A stretch of DNA of 44,956 nt. Source: an uncultured Candidatus Saccharibacteria bacterium (GTDB lineage Bacteria; Patescibacteriota; Dojkabacteria; J137). The position numbers were made by a program, and so were the translations under genes. Positions 42,100 through 44,956 of this stretch are shown one piece after another. Location of the stretch: contig CAYTGI010000006.1 of the NCBI GenBank assembly GCA_964437465.1, positions 1-44,956 on the forward strand, in the 5' to 3' direction. Position 1 is the first letter of the stretch; each line of letters opens with the position of its first letter. Below the pieces are notes generated by a model. It did no database searches. It worked only from the letters and a program-made list of their open reading frames with translations, and was not told where the DNA came from.

Positions 42100-44130
42100 A
42101 TGGCAGCATTAGTAGCAGAAAAAATTTTTGTAGATCCTAATGAGGAGATATCCTTTCTAGTTGAAAGAATTATGAGATCTGGAAAGGAATATAATATAAT
42201 TATCGTTCCAAGTGCATCAGTGCTATTTGCTAGTAATTTAAGTATTAAAATTCTATATAGATCTATTATTAAGGCTTCGAAAGTAACAATAATTGTCACT
42301 GAAGATACCTATGGAGCAAAAATCTCCCAGAAGGTTGGATTTGTGGTTGTGCAGAAAGTTAGTCAGATAACTTCTGATTTATGGGAAGTAGCAAAAGGAA
42401 AGTTGTATGCTGCTCAATCAAACTTAAATAATAAAAAGGATGATCTACTAAAGAATATTAAAGGAGAGGCACCAACTCAGGAAGATAATACAGTTGAGGT
42501 TTTTGAAACAAGTGAAAGTAAGATAGAAGATGTTGCTGAAAAAGAAGATTCACAATATAATCAGATCTCTGAAGAAATAGAAGAAAAGAAAAGCGATGAT
42601 ACTAGAAAAGGGTTTGAATTAGCAACTGAGCCAGAACCTGAACCTGTTATAAGAGAGAGAGTAAAAGAAGTTGGTGGGATTACAATTTATTCCGGAACTG
42701 ATATTGCAACATTAAAATCAAGGAAGAATGATGATAAAATAGATGAGTTAGACAATTTAGATATGAATGGTGAAAACAAAGAAGATTTAAGTGTATTCAG
42801 CGAAAAACGATTCGCTGGTAGAGACGTGACTAAAATGACTCCAGAAAAATCTGGTTTGTCTAAATTTTTTGGATCAATTTTTGGCGGAAATAAGGTTCTT
42901 AGACCTGAAGATCGTATGGAAGGAGCTACTCCAGTTAAATGGTATAAACGAAGATCTGTAATTATTGCTTTTGTTTTGTTAATAGTTTTAATAGCAATCA
43001 CTTACTTAACTCTATTCCAATTCTCAAATGTCTCTATAAGAATTAATCTGCAATCTGAGACTGTAGTTGCTGAAGAAACAGTAGAGATAGATATAAGTGG
43101 TAGCGCAGAAATTGATGTCGATTCTCTAGTCATTCCTGGTAGGACTTTAGAAACTGAAGAAATAAGTACATCTACAACTGCTACTGCTTCAGGAGAAGGG
43201 AGAAGAGGAGAAAAAGCTACTGGAGCTGTTTATATATTTAATAAAGAACAGGAAGATATTCTTATTCCAGCAGGGACTGAATTGACAAGTGTTAGGACCG
43301 GAGAGGTTTATGAGACAGTTGAAGAGGTAACTCTTCCAGCTGCTACAGAGGCTTCTGATCTATCAATTAATCCTAGTAGAACAGACAACATTAGAGTTGT
43401 AGCCGTAAGTTTTGGAGAGGAATCAAATATTGACGATTCTGATCCTGATAGCGGATTCACAATCGAAGGTTTCGATACTATCAGTTCTCAAGATATTAAG
43501 AGGGAAGGGGCTTTTGAAGGGGGTTCAGGAGAAGATTTTGTATCTGTATCTGAAGAAAATTTTGAGCAAGTTAAAGAAGAAACACTAGAAACTCTTGAGG
43601 AAAGAGCAAAAGAAGCATTGTTAGCTTCTGTTCCTAATGGATTTAGTATTTTAGAAGAAACTATTGAGTTTGAAGAAGTTGATGCATTCTCAAATCCGGA
43701 AGTTGGAGAGGAAGCAAATTTGAATGCGGAAGAGGAATATATTTTTGATGTAACAATTGTAGGAAAAGCTACTGGAGTTATGGTTCGTGATGAGGATCTT
43801 GAGCAAATTATTCAGGCTGCAATACTAGAAAATGAAGAATCAGATGCAGGAGATGTTAACGATTTAAGCAACATTGGGTTTAAAGATTTTGTGGAGAATA
43901 ATACTGGCATTTTTATAACAGTTTTTGCTGAAGGAGAGGTTGTTTCTAGCTTCAATCAGGACGATCTATTCAATGAGATCAAAGGTAAATCAATAAATGA
44001 TGCACGAAGTATTATTGAAACTTACGACGAGATTCAAACTTTTGATTTAAGGTATTTCCCCTCAGTAATACCAGAATCACTACAATTCATTCCTAATTCA
44101 AACTCCAGAATTACATTCAGGATTGATTAA
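42100..44130 (+). CDS. Single-pass membrane protein with an extracytoplasmic baseplate-J-like beta domain
   Basis: TM VIIAFVLLIVLIAITYLTLF; GEKATGAVYIFN..IPAGTEL..TGEVYET..GEESNI motif; ATG abuts the ftsA-like stop. Confidence 0.65.
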   Translation: MAALVAEKIFVDPNEEISFLVERIMRSGKEYNIIIVPSASVLFASNLSIKILYRSIIKASKVTIIVTEDTYGAKISQKVGFVVVQKVSQITSDLWEVAKGKLYAAQSNLNNKKDDLLKNIKGEAPTQEDNTVEVFETSESKIEDVAEKEDSQYNQISEEIEEKKSDDTRKGFELATEPEPEPVIRERVKEVGGITIYSGTDIATLKSRKNDDKIDELDNLDMNGENKEDLSVFSEKRFAGRDVTKMTPEKSGLSKFFGSIFGGNKVLRPEDRMEGATPVKWYKRRSVIIAFVLLIVLIAITYLTLFQFSNVSIRINLQSETVVAEETVEIDISGSAEIDVDSLVIPGRTLETEEISTSTTATASGEGRRGEKATGAVYIFNKEQEDILIPAGTELTSVRTGEVYETVEEVTLPAATEASDLSINPSRTDNIRVVAVSFGEESNIDDSDPDSGFTIEGFDTISSQDIKREGAFEGGSGEDFVSVSEENFEQVKEETLETLEERAKEALLASVPNGFSILEETIEFEEVDAFSNPEVGEEANLNAEEEYIFDVTIVGKATGVMVRDEDLEQIIQAAILENEESDAGDVNDLSNIGFKDFVENNTGIFITVFAEGEVVSSFNQDDLFNEIKGKSINDARSIIETYDEIQTFDLRYFPSVIPESLQFIPNSNSRITFRID

Positions 44131-44141
44131 TCCCAAATTTA

Positions 44142-44171
44142 TTGACAAGTAAAAATGTCGCTTGCTAATAT
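44142..44171 (+). promoter_or_regulatory. sigma70 promoter of groESL
   Basis: TTGACA (44142-44147), 18-nt spacer, extended -10 TG-C-TAATAT. Confidence 0.7.
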
Positions 44172-44198
44172 TTAGCAGTCAAATTAAAATTCTGCTAA
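44172..44198 (+). promoter_or_regulatory. CIRCE-like HrcA operator (variant)
   Basis: TTAGCAGTC-N9-TTCTGCTAA versus consensus TTAGCACTC-N9-GAGTGCTAA, directly after the promoter. Confidence 0.7.
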
Positions 44199-44227
44199 TT
44201 TCATATTTTACTTGTTAATGTTTAAAT

Positions 44228-44533
44228 ATGGCTGCGAAATTGAATATAAAGCCAATCGGCGGAAATATCCTAGTTAAACCGGAACCAGAAGAAGAGACAA
44301 CAAAATCTGGACTTATTGTTCAATCTTCAACTAAGGGAGAAAGACCTCAAAGCGGGAAGATTGTTGCTTTAGGAACTGGAGCTATGGATGATTCAGGAAA
44401 GAAAATTGCCTTTAATGTAAAAGTTGGAGACAAAGTAATGTTTAAAAAATACTCACCTGAAGAAGTTGAGATAGACGGAGAAGAGTACTTAATTATGAAG
44501 GAAGCTGATATTTTAGCTGTTTTTGATAAATAA
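44228..44533 (+). CDS. groES: Co-chaperonin GroES
   Basis: IKPIGGNILV, TKSGLIV, GKIVALGTG, VKVGDKVMF, YLIMKEADILAV. Confidence 0.97.
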   Translation: MAAKLNIKPIGGNILVKPEPEEETTKSGLIVQSSTKGERPQSGKIVALGTGAMDDSGKKIAFNVKVGDKVMFKKYSPEEVEIDGEEYLIMKEADILAVFDK

Positions 44534-44545
44534 GAAAAAAACATA

Positions 44546-44956
<411 letters not shown>

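Noticed and set aside
42100-44130. Prophage or contractile injection system suggested by the baseplate-J-like domain
   Set aside because: No sheath, tube, terminase, capsid or integrase genes; the gene has a TM and sits among housekeeping genes.
31954-44544. ORFs 31954-32148, 33995-34189, 34372-34569, 39076-39360, 40159-40551, 41976-42299, 42687-43001, 44347-44544
   Set aside because: Antisense to well-supported genes; no independent evidence.

Overview
AT-rich bacterial chromosomal window, genetic code 11, few Shine-Dalgarno sites. Gene content and repeat style point to Patescibacteria/CPR, possibly Dojkabacteria (inference only). Housekeeping genes: rpoD, rny, parAB, type-2 ileS, fmt, mltG, ruvX, comF, yidC, rplY, an ftsA-like gene, groES and 5'-partial groEL. 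Accessory genes: a frameshifted ligD, a sortase, a HEPN-nucleotidyltransferase fusion, a degenerate HIT protein, a 1978-aa Cys-rich surface protein, twin small Cys-rich membrane proteins, two amidases, a GH3 hydrolase, ABC-F, NYN, heliorhodopsin and a patatin pseudogene. The ORF track misses several RNA elements: (i) tRNA-Asn(GUU) split inside the anticodon by a 401-nt group I intron carrying an internally deleted HNH ORF; (ii) an Ile T-box with a short Stem I and two REP-like hairpins, separated from ileS by a four-helix-bundle gene between inverted heptamer-repeat arms, with ORF-less versions of such arms elsewhere; (iii) a tmRNA lacking both the D-loop GG and the canonical T-loop, with a 29-residue predicted tag and a 15-bp hairpin over its 5' end. 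Close to the tmRNA lies a Lon-type AAA+ module with no protease domain and no aromatic pore loop. No CRISPR array, rRNA, transposase, integrase or prophage was recognised. All family assignments come from motif reading; no searches were run.
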